Below are positions 54,147 through 62,147 of a stretch of DNA of 64,000 bases, piece by piece. Positions within the stretch are counted from its first letter, which is position 1. Every line of letters starts with the position of its first letter. Source of the stretch: Deltaproteobacteria bacterium. Its GTDB lineage: Bacteria > Myxococcota_A > JAADFL01. Location of the stretch: positions 7,064-71,063 of the forward strand of contig JAADFL010000212.1 of NCBI GenBank assembly GCA_013152945.1, written 5' to 3'. The notes below the pieces were generated by a model that saw only the letters and a program-made list of their open reading frames with translations, was not told the origin of the DNA and ran no database searches. The translations under genes were made by a program, and so were the position numbers.

Positions 54147-56067
54147 CGACCGTCACCTTTTTTATGCTTCTTTGTTCCTCTGGCAAAGGCGGTGGAACAG
54201 GCTCGCCTGAAATCTTTTTCACAGCGCTGAAACGGGCCGGACAGACCTCGGAGCATACCCCGCAGGCCGTGCACTTGTCCTGGTTGATGACGTGTATCAC
54301 TTGTTTGCCGCCCTCTATCGCCTGGGAAGGACAATTCCTAAGGCAGATCATGCATCCCTTGCACTTTTCCGGATCAATGTAATACGAGACCAGTGATCTG
54401 CATGACATCGCCGGGCACCGCTTCTCCTTGATATGCGCCTCGTATTCGTCCCTGAAGTAACGCAGGGTGCTCAAGAATGGGTTGCCTGCGCTTTTTCCAA
54501 GTGCGCAAAGTGAAGCTTCTTTCAGGGCCTCGGACAAGTCCTCCAGGGTTTCAATGTCGCCCTCTTTTCCCCTTCCCTCACATATGTCGGTCAGGATCCT
54601 TTCCATGTGTCTCAAACCTTCACGGCAGGGCAGACACTTGCCGCAGGATTCGTCGGCCAGAAAAGAAGTGAAGTACCTTGCCACATCAACCATGCAGGTA
54701 TCTTCGTCCATTACTATCATGCCGCCCGACCCCATCATGGATCCGGCTTTAGTGAGCTCGTCGAAACCTACCGGCAGGTCCAATTTTTCTTCAGGAAGGC
54801 ATCCGCCCGATGGTCCGCCTGTCTGCACGGCCTTGAACTTCTTACCCCCGGGTATGCCTCCGCCGATCTTGTAGATGATGTCCCGGAGCGTCATGCCCAT
54901 CGGAACCTCGACAAGACCGGTGTTGGTTATCTTGCCAACGAGGGAAAAGATCTTTGTGCCCTTGCTTCCTTGTGTGCCTATCTTCGTGAACCAATCCGCG
55001 CCATGGTTTATAATGAGCGGCACATTGGCCCATGTCTCTACATTGTTCAATACGCTCGGCTTGTCCCACAGGCCCCGGACATTCGAGCGGATGTACTTGG
55101 GCCTTGGCTCACCAACGCGGCCTTCCAGGGCTGCCATTAGGGCCGTGGATTCGCCGCATACGAAAGCGCCTGCGCCCCTATGAACCTCGACAGAGAAGTC
55201 GAAACCCGACCCAAGGATGTTCTTGCCCAGCAATCCGTATTCCTTTGCCTTTTCGATGGCGATGGTGATGTTCTCCACGGCAAGGGGATACTCCTGCCTT
55301 ACGTATACGTAACCCTGGTGGGCTCCGATTGCATATCCCCCAATAATGAGTCCTTCCAGTACAGAGTGTGGATTGCCTTCCAGCAAGGCACGGTCCATGA
55401 AGGCTCCGGGATCGCCTTCGTCAGCGTTCACGATTACATACTTGGTTTCGTCAGGTGCATTGCGGGAGCCTTCCCATTTCCTGCCTGTGGGGAAACCTGC
55501 GCCTCCCCTTCCGCGCAGGTTGGATTTCTTTACCTCTTCGATGACCTGTTCCGGGCCCATATCCGTAAGGACCCTTAAGAGAGCCGAATAACCGCCGATC
55601 GCCAGGTAGTCTTCGATTTTCTTGGGATCGATCTTTATATTGTGGTCTATCAAACGTCGTTCCTGATTTGCATAAAAAGGAATATCTGATTCATGAACCG
55701 ATCTTTCACCGGTCACAGTGTCGAGATATGCCAGGCGCTCAATCACCTCCTTGTCCCTGACGGTGCGTGACAAGATCTCGGGAACGTCCTCTGGTTTGAC
55801 CTGGAGATAACACGTTCCTTCCGGGTATATCACCACCACGGGGCCCCTTTCACAGAAACCCGGGCAACCAGTCCCCTTGGTTTCCACAGATGCACTAAGC
55901 CCCTGCTTTTCGATCTCTGTCTCAAAGGCGTTTATGACATCACGCGCTCCAAGGGCCAGGCAACCCGAACCTGCACATACGGAAATACGCGGCGTGGAAT
56001 TATCCCGGTCTTCCATGACTTGTTGTCTGAATTTCTCCAGCTCTTTCGATGAAGTAAAACGCGCCAT
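54139..56067 (-). CDS. bamH: NuoF-like FMN/NAD(H)-binding subunit with N-terminal thioredoxin-like and C-terminal 2x[4Fe-4S] domains, BamH-like
   Basis: GRGGAGFPTGRKW (FMN/NADH site), ESCGKCLPCREG (N3 cluster), and C-terminal CKGCMICLRNCP / CTACGVCSEVCP. Confidence 0.7.
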   Translation of the reverse strand: MARFTSSKELEKFRQQVMEDRDNSTPRISVCAGSGCLALGARDVINAFETEIEKQGLSASVETKGTGCPGFCERGPVVVIYPEGTCYLQVKPEDVPEILSRTVRDKEVIERLAYLDTVTGERSVHESDIPFYANQERRLIDHNIKIDPKKIEDYLAIGGYSALLRVLTDMGPEQVIEEVKKSNLRGRGGAGFPTGRKWEGSRNAPDETKYVIVNADEGDPGAFMDRALLEGNPHSVLEGLIIGGYAIGAHQGYVYVRQEYPLAVENITIAIEKAKEYGLLGKNILGSGFDFSVEVHRGAGAFVCGESTALMAALEGRVGEPRPKYIRSNVRGLWDKPSVLNNVETWANVPLIINHGADWFTKIGTQGSKGTKIFSLVGKITNTGLVEVPMGMTLRDIIYKIGGGIPGGKKFKAVQTGGPSGGCLPEEKLDLPVGFDELTKAGSMMGSGGMIVMDEDTCMVDVARYFTSFLADESCGKCLPCREGLRHMERILTDICEGRGKEGDIETLEDLSEALKEASLCALGKSAGNPFLSTLRYFRDEYEAHIKEKRCPAMSCRSLVSYYIDPEKCKGCMICLRNCPSQAIEGGKQVIHVINQDKCTACGVCSEVCPARFSAVKKISGEPVPPPLPEEQRSIKKVTVDE

Positions 56068-56076
56068 GATCTCCCT

Positions 56077-56529
56077 CTACTCGTAGCTTTTCAGCAAGTT
56101 TGGAACATCGGCGGACGACAACTTGCCATGGGCCTTTCCATCGATTTCAACCACTGGGCCGAGTGCACAGCATCCAAGGCAATTTACTGTCTCGAGGCTG
56201 AACTTGAGATCAGAGTCGGTCTCTCCGGCCTTTATTCCGGTTTCTTCCTGTATCGTTTCAAGGATACGCGGCGCACCACGCACATGGCAGGCCGTTCCCA
56301 TGCACACGTTTATTTCATGGCGGCCCTTCGGAACCAGGCTGAAGGCCTTGTAAAAAGTAGAAATATTACGGATGCGCGTCATGGGAACATTCAGCTTTTC
56401 AGCAACCCTCTCCAGGGCCTTGCCCGGAAGCCAATGGTTCTTTGATTGAATTTCCAGCATAACCTGTATCAGGGCGCTTGCCTCGCCATGGTGTCTGTCA
56501 ATGATTTGATTGATTTCTTCGATATCCAT
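56077..56529 (-). CDS. bamG: NuoE-like [2Fe-2S] thioredoxin-fold subunit, BamG-like
   Basis: 150 aa with the cluster ligands CMGTACHVRG ... CLGCCALGP. Confidence 0.7.
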   Translation of the reverse strand: MDIEEINQIIDRHHGEASALIQVMLEIQSKNHWLPGKALERVAEKLNVPMTRIRNISTFYKAFSLVPKGRHEINVCMGTACHVRGAPRILETIQEETGIKAGETDSDLKFSLETVNCLGCCALGPVVEIDGKAHGKLSSADVPNLLKSYE

Positions 56530-56584
56530 TTCCAGTTTACCGGTCCCATCCTTTCTTCAAACACACATCGCCGGGCCGGACAAT

Positions 56585-57346
56585 TCAAGCAAGGGCATAG
56601 TTTCCAAGCTCTTGATCATACCTGACAAGGCCCAGCCTCGATGAGTCGTTCATGTACTTTGCCACAGAAGACGGGCTTATTCCCAACTTCTCGGATATTT
56701 CCTTTTGTGAAAGGCGCACGTTCTTCAAGAGCAGCATGATTTGGCTCATAACAATCTTTACTGCAATCGAATCTTGAAAGAACCTTTCGAATTCATCACT
56801 GTCGAAGAATTCGTAGTACGCCTTTTCCGTTCTTTCCAGGGTGTTCAACCTGTGTGTCAACACCAGCTTAACGTAGGGCGCTATACTTTTTACCGCAGTG
56901 AGCCTGAACCGCAGTGTATCATCATCCAGACCTTCTGTTTTTCCGAGAGGTCCTGTTTCCTCAATCTCTCTGCCGAACTCGTTCATGAACTTGGAAAATT
57001 CGATTCCCTCGCCGGCAGATACCCATTCAAGTCTCAATCTTTTGGGATTGAGACCGATGTAATCTAAAATTTTCCTAGCAACATGAAATAGACCATATGC
57101 ATTGAAATTTCCGCTGCTCACATAATGGCAGTCGCCAAGGTGACAGCCGCCGATGAACATCCCGTCATGTCCATCCGAAAAGGCCCGCAGGATGTGTAAC
57201 AGGTCCACCCTGCCGGAGCACATGACTCTCATGAGCCTTATGTACGGCGGATATTGAAACCTGGAGACTCCGCACAGATCCGCCCCTGCATAGCAACACC
57301 AATTACATACGATCCCGATTATCTTGGGCTGAAATTCACTACTCAT
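56585..57346 (-). CDS. bamF: MvhD/FlpD-like iron-sulfur subunit with C-terminal extension, BamF-like
   Basis: The MvhD-type block is PKIIGIVCNWCCYAGADLCG...VMCSGRVD...GCHLGDCHY. I prefer the ATG at 57346 (GAGG 5 nt upstream, 8-nt overlap with the bamE-like stop) over the ATG at 57373. Confidence 0.65.
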   Translation of the reverse strand: MSSEFQPKIIGIVCNWCCYAGADLCGVSRFQYPPYIRLMRVMCSGRVDLLHILRAFSDGHDGMFIGGCHLGDCHYVSSGNFNAYGLFHVARKILDYIGLNPKRLRLEWVSAGEGIEFSKFMNEFGREIEETGPLGKTEGLDDDTLRFRLTAVKSIAPYVKLVLTHRLNTLERTEKAYYEFFDSDEFERFFQDSIAVKIVMSQIMLLLKNVRLSQKEISEKLGISPSSVAKYMNDSSRLGLVRYDQELGNYALA

Positions 57347-60300
57347 GGGCGCCTCTTTCCTCGCTTGCCGCATCGATCTGGGCGAAAATTTCCTCGTCGG
57401 TATAATGCTTCAAGGAAATAGCCGAAGTCGGACACACCGAGTTACATACGCCGCAGCCTTTGCACAAGATGGAATTGACCGTGGCTTTCCTGCCTGACTC
57501 TGTCTCGTGAAAACTTATTGCACCGTATGCACAAACGGAAATACATGCTCCGCATGACACGCAGGCATCTTCGTTTACATCGCACACGGCACCTGTGGCG
57601 GTCACGGTATCATGTGATAACAGGGTGACCGCCCTGCCGGCTGCGCCGTATGCCTGGCTTATTGCTTCGGAAATGTGTTTTGGATAGTGAGCGGTTCCAC
57701 ACAGGAATATGCCTTCAGCCGCGAAATCGACAGGTCTTAATTTTACGTGAGCCTCCTGGAAGAAACCGTCCGGGTTCAAGGTCAACTTGAATTGGCGTGA
57801 AATCTTAAGCGTGTCTGCTGTGGGTACTACACCGGTCGACAAAATCACATGATCTGCATCCAGCGCAAGGCGCTGCCCAAGTATGGGATCCGGCACTGTA
57901 ACTCTAAGAACAGGCTTGCCTTCCTCGTCCTCGGCCGGCTCCACTTCCGGCTTGCCACTTGGTTCAAAGCGAACGAATCTAACACCCTGTTCACTGGCCT
58001 TGCGATAATAATCCTCCTTGAATCCGTAAGTACGCATATCCCGGAACAGGATGTATACATCCATTTCGGGCCGTTTCTTCTTCAGGTCCAGTGCATTCTT
58101 TATGGCTTGGCTGCAACACACGCGGGAGCAATAGTTTCTATCCTCCTGCCTGGAGCCCACACATTGTATCATTACCACGGCCCTGGATCCCAGGAGCTCA
58201 TCATCTTCCCGCTCTATTCGCTCCTCTACTTCGAGTTGTGTCAATACCCGGCTGTCTTGGCCGTACAGGTATTCGACCGGCTTGTATTCCTCTGCGCCTG
58301 TGGCAATTATGACAGCGCCGTGGTGGATGGTCTTGGTCCTGCCTTCGGACTCCACGGTAGTCACGAAGTTGCCCACAAAGCCGGTGGCGTCTCTTATTAT
58401 CGCCCCGTGTGATACCTGGACCAGGGGATGCCGGTATACCTTGTCAATCAACTCGTCAAGGTATTCCTGTACATCCATTCCTTCCAAAGTGGTCTTGATC
58501 CTCCGGGCCATGCCGCCCAGCTCCGGGTTCTTTTCCACCAGGTGGACCTCGTAACCCTGGTCGGCCAGGCTCAATGCAGCGACCATCCCGGCAATGCCTC
58601 CTCCTATCACCAGGGTCTTCTTGTTCACCGTTAAATCGAATTCCTCCAGGGGCTCCAGGAGCCTTGCCCTGGCAACCGACATCCTCACGAGGTCCTTGGC
58701 CTTGTTTGTGGCTTCCTCCTTTTGCTTGGAATGAACCCAGGAGCAGTGCTCTCGGATGTTGGCCATGTCGTAGAAGTACTGGTTGATGCCTCCCTCGCGT
58801 AGGGTGTCGCGAAAGAGCGGTTCATGGGTCCTTGGCGTACATGCGGCGACCACCACGCGATTCAAGCCCTTGTCCCGTATCGTGTTTGCTATCTCTTGAG
58901 CCGCGTCGGTGGAACATATGAACAGGCCCTCTTCGGCGTGAACCACGTTGGGCAATGACTTTGCATAATCCACCACGGAAGGCACGTTCACTATGCGGCC
59001 GATATTTGCTCCACAGTGACACACAAACACGCCTACCTTTGCTTCTTCGCCAGATGCATCCCGCTCCGGAGGATATATACGCTCCTTGGAAAGCTTGCCC
59101 CTCCTGTTCTTGAGGAGCGCGCCTATTTGGGCGTTTGTGCCGCTGGCGCTTACGACCGACTCGGGGATGTCCATCGGTCCCTGGAATGCACCGCTTACGA
59201 ATATACCGGGACGGGTCGTCTCCATCGGGTTTTGCGGATTGGTCTTGCAGAATCCATGAGCATTGAGTTCGATACCGAACCTGTTTGCAAGGTCACCGGC
59301 CTTGTTTGGCGGAGCCAGGCCCACTCCCAGTACCACGAGATCAAATTCTTCTTCCTTTACACCTTCGTTGTCTGTTGCATACCGGATGGTTACGTTCTTT
59401 GTATCCGGGTCCTCTACTCCGACAGATACATAACTCCTGATGAAATGCACTCCCGGCAGGTCCGCGGCCCTCTTGTAGAACCTTTCGAAATCCTTGCCAT
59501 AGGACCGGATATCGTTGTGGAATATGAATGCCTCCGCATCGGGGTCGTGATCCTTGGCCAGTATCACCTGTTTTTGTATATACGAGCAGCAGACCGCCGA
59601 GCAAAAGTTGTTTCCTCCCGCAAGCACTTGCCTGGAACCCACACAGTGAATCCAAGCAATCTTGTGCGGATGCCTCTTGTCAGAGGGGCGCAGGATCTCG
59701 CCTTCATGCGGCCCGGTCGAGCAGAGGAGACGCTCGAAATCCAGGCTTGTCACAACGTTTTCATAGGCCCCGTAACCATAATCGCCCCTTGGACCGGGAT
59801 CGAATGCTCCGTATCCCGGAGACATGACGATTGCGCCTACCTTAATGACCACCTTTTCAGGTTTTTGATTTAAGTCTACTGCATTGTTCGGACAGACACT
59901 GGCGCAAATGGAACATTTCTTATCTTTGATGAACAAGCAGTTGTCATCGATGTATGGCACGAGCGGAACTGCTTGAGAAAAATATATATGAATGGCCTTG
60001 TTGCTCGACAACTTCTGGTTGAACGGATCCGGAACCTGTACCGGGCAATACTCTGTGCACGTAGTACAGCCGGTGCATAGTTCTTCTTTAATGTACCTTG
60101 GTTTCTTGATAAGGGTAATTTCGAAGTCCCCTTTTTGCCCCTCCACGCTCTCGACCTCGGTATAGGTCAGGATTTCGATATTGGGATGCCTGTCACACTC
60201 AATGAACTTGGGGGATTCGATGCACATGGAGCAGTCATTGGTTGGGAAAGTCTTATCCAGTTGGGCCATGTGCCCACCCACGGTCGGCGACTTTTCGACC

Positions 60301-60407
60301 AGGTAGACCTTGTAACCAGAGTTTGCAAGATCCAGGGCCGCTTGAATGCCGCTGATCCCTGCGCCTACAACCAGGACATCTCCGAAGTTGCTTTTATCTC
60401 CCATCAT
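57339..60407 (-). CDS. bamE: Large HdrA-like flavo-iron-sulfur protein with two dinucleotide-binding sites, BamE-like
   Basis: 1022 aa with two GxGxxG sites (VVGAGISGIQAALDLA and VIGGGIAGMVAALSLA) and several CxxCxxCxxxCP ferredoxin motifs. The frame is uninterrupted, with no internal TGA. Confidence 0.7.
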   Translation of the reverse strand: MMGDKSNFGDVLVVGAGISGIQAALDLANSGYKVYLVEKSPTVGGHMAQLDKTFPTNDCSMCIESPKFIECDRHPNIEILTYTEVESVEGQKGDFEITLIKKPRYIKEELCTGCTTCTEYCPVQVPDPFNQKLSSNKAIHIYFSQAVPLVPYIDDNCLFIKDKKCSICASVCPNNAVDLNQKPEKVVIKVGAIVMSPGYGAFDPGPRGDYGYGAYENVVTSLDFERLLCSTGPHEGEILRPSDKRHPHKIAWIHCVGSRQVLAGGNNFCSAVCCSYIQKQVILAKDHDPDAEAFIFHNDIRSYGKDFERFYKRAADLPGVHFIRSYVSVGVEDPDTKNVTIRYATDNEGVKEEEFDLVVLGVGLAPPNKAGDLANRFGIELNAHGFCKTNPQNPMETTRPGIFVSGAFQGPMDIPESVVSASGTNAQIGALLKNRRGKLSKERIYPPERDASGEEAKVGVFVCHCGANIGRIVNVPSVVDYAKSLPNVVHAEEGLFICSTDAAQEIANTIRDKGLNRVVVAACTPRTHEPLFRDTLREGGINQYFYDMANIREHCSWVHSKQKEEATNKAKDLVRMSVARARLLEPLEEFDLTVNKKTLVIGGGIAGMVAALSLADQGYEVHLVEKNPELGGMARRIKTTLEGMDVQEYLDELIDKVYRHPLVQVSHGAIIRDATGFVGNFVTTVESEGRTKTIHHGAVIIATGAEEYKPVEYLYGQDSRVLTQLEVEERIEREDDELLGSRAVVMIQCVGSRQEDRNYCSRVCCSQAIKNALDLKKKRPEMDVYILFRDMRTYGFKEDYYRKASEQGVRFVRFEPSGKPEVEPAEDEEGKPVLRVTVPDPILGQRLALDADHVILSTGVVPTADTLKISRQFKLTLNPDGFFQEAHVKLRPVDFAAEGIFLCGTAHYPKHISEAISQAYGAAGRAVTLLSHDTVTATGAVCDVNEDACVSCGACISVCAYGAISFHETESGRKATVNSILCKGCGVCNSVCPTSAISLKHYTDEEIFAQIDAASEERGAHE

Positions 60408-61585
60408 GGTGTCTCTTCGCTTTCCTTCAACGATGCCCAGACGATTTCAGTAATATCCTTGATTTCCAATGTCTCTTCGTCTCCCAGGGCGAGCCTGCTC
60501 TCCTCGAAATTGCTGATGCAATAGGGGCAAGCTGTAACCAACATTTCTGCGCCTGCTTCCTTGGCCTGGGCCAATCGAAGGTCTGCGAACCTCTGGCCCT
60601 TGGGCGTATCCATCCATATCCTGCCGCCGCCTCCACCGCAGCACAGGCTGTTTTGTCTGTTGTTCCGCATTTCCACGAGTTCCAAACCGGGTATATTTTT
60701 TAGTACATCCCTTGGCTGGTCGAAGATCCCGTTGTGCCGCCCAAGGTAGCATGGATCATGATAGGTTATTTTCTTTTTGACTTCCCCGGTAAGCTCGATT
60801 CTTCCCTGTTCGATCAACTCCAACAGGAATTGCGAGATGTGAACAACGTCGAAGTGCACCATGAATTCGGAATATTCATTCTTGAAGGTATGATAACAGT
60901 GCGGGGAAGACACAAGGATTCTTTTAACTCCGTTATCGATGAAAGTCTTGATATTGTCCTTGGCCAGGGCTTTGAATACATCCTCGTTTCCTGTTTTTCG
61001 AATACTCTCGCCGCAACAGCTTTCCTTGTTTCCCAGAATTCCGAATTTCACCCCCGCCTTTTTCAGTATGCCGACAGTGGCGGCCGCGGCCTTTCTCATT
61101 CTTGGGTCGTAGCTGTAGTAGCAGCCTACAAAATATAGAATCTCCATCCCCTCGGCAAAGGGCTTGATCGAAAGATCTTTTGTCCAGGCATCTCTCTTGT
61201 TCCTGTCCTCTCCGAGTGGATTGCCGTCTGTTGTGAGGCTCCCCCTGACTGTCCTGATTGCCCGGACAGAGCCCGGGAACACACCATAGTTCGATGCAAT
61301 CCTGCGTATGGCAACTCCAACTTCGATTTGTTCGACACCTCTTGGACACTGGGACGGACACAGACCGCACGTGGTGCAGCGCCAGAGGTCTTCGATCTCT
61401 ATTTCAGGCAAACCAAGCGTGGCCTGCCTGACTATTTTCCTGATACTGAAATCGGTAACCAGATTCCAGGGGCAAACAGTGTCACACTTGCCGCATTGGT
61501 AGCAGTACTTGAAGGCCTCGCCTCCACTTTTCTTGATCTCATCAATAATTTCAGTAATCGGGGAGACTGTCTCCACTGCGCTCAT
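60404..61585 (-). CDS. bamD: HdrD-like protein (2x[4Fe-4S] + two CCG domains), BamD-like
   Basis: CYQCGKCDTVCP and CTTCGLCPSQCP, plus CCG-type motifs (VGCYYSYDP, HDPCYLGRH, CCGGGGG). It has an ATGA overlap with the bamE-like start. Confidence 0.7.
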   Translation of the reverse strand: MSAVETVSPITEIIDEIKKSGGEAFKYCYQCGKCDTVCPWNLVTDFSIRKIVRQATLGLPEIEIEDLWRCTTCGLCPSQCPRGVEQIEVGVAIRRIASNYGVFPGSVRAIRTVRGSLTTDGNPLGEDRNKRDAWTKDLSIKPFAEGMEILYFVGCYYSYDPRMRKAAAATVGILKKAGVKFGILGNKESCCGESIRKTGNEDVFKALAKDNIKTFIDNGVKRILVSSPHCYHTFKNEYSEFMVHFDVVHISQFLLELIEQGRIELTGEVKKKITYHDPCYLGRHNGIFDQPRDVLKNIPGLELVEMRNNRQNSLCCGGGGGRIWMDTPKGQRFADLRLAQAKEAGAEMLVTACPYCISNFEESRLALGDEETLEIKDITEIVWASLKESEETP

Positions 61586-61604
61586 CCTTCCTAAAAAACA
61601 GGCT

Positions 61605-62147
61605 TTAAACCTTCTTGGACATTTTGTTTACAGCGTCGATCACCTTTTGCAGGCCATGCTTATCCACCAGTGCCTCGATCCCTTCATCCAGCTCGTCAAT
61701 AACCGGCTCTTCTTCCACTTCCTCTTCCCTTTCCTCATAGGTCAGGGCATCCGCCAGGCACCATTGCACGCACAAGGGCTCTTTGATCGAGGGATCGGAT
61801 TCGCACATGTCGCACTTTAAGGGAAGCCCGGAGTCAGGTTCCTTGAAAATATCCCTTGAAGGACAAGAGGCCCGGCAAAATGCGCATTCATCGTATTCCT
61901 TGCCGTTGATCGTGTACTTGTCCCTGCCAGCACACTCCGCCGCCGTGTACTCGCCGGCGAAAACCGGAATGTATATATCTGACAACGGATCGCGAATCAC
62001 GCGAACACGGGACCTCGCCGGGTTGCTGCTGCTGTATTGCGGTATGGCATGAAAGGCCGAACAAATAGCCTCACACGCACGACAGCCGTTGCACTTGTCT
62101 ACATCGATATTGATTGTCTTTATTACCTTCTTTTTCGTGCCCATCAC
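61605..62147 (-). CDS. bamC: Poly-ferredoxin-like [4Fe-4S] subunit, BamC-like
   Basis: 180 aa with CNGCRACEAICS, CAFCRASCP and CDMCE... motifs. It overlaps the stop of the AOR-family gene by 4 nt. Confidence 0.65.
   Translation of the reverse strand: MMGTKKKVIKTINIDVDKCNGCRACEAICSAFHAIPQYSSSNPARSRVRVIRDPLSDIYIPVFAGEYTAAECAGRDKYTINGKEYDECAFCRASCPSRDIFKEPDSGLPLKCDMCESDPSIKEPLCVQWCLADALTYEEREEEVEEEPVIDELDEGIEALVDKHGLQKVIDAVNKMSKKV

Noticed and set aside
56585-56800. A possible winged-helix or HTH-like stretch (ISEKLGISPSSVAKYMNDSSRLGLV) at the C-terminus of the MvhD-like protein. It would suggest a redox-sensing regulator fusion.
   Set aside because: The total length of about 255-262 aa fits the BamF-type subunit in this conserved gene order, so the extension is probably a normal part of that subunit. 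A single helix-turn-helix-like string is not enough evidence for DNA binding.
56585-60407. Selenocysteine recoding (in-frame TGA plus SECIS) in the HdrA-like and MvhD-like genes.
   Set aside because: Both reading frames are continuous with Cys at the cluster-binding positions I can see. There is no internal TGA to recode.
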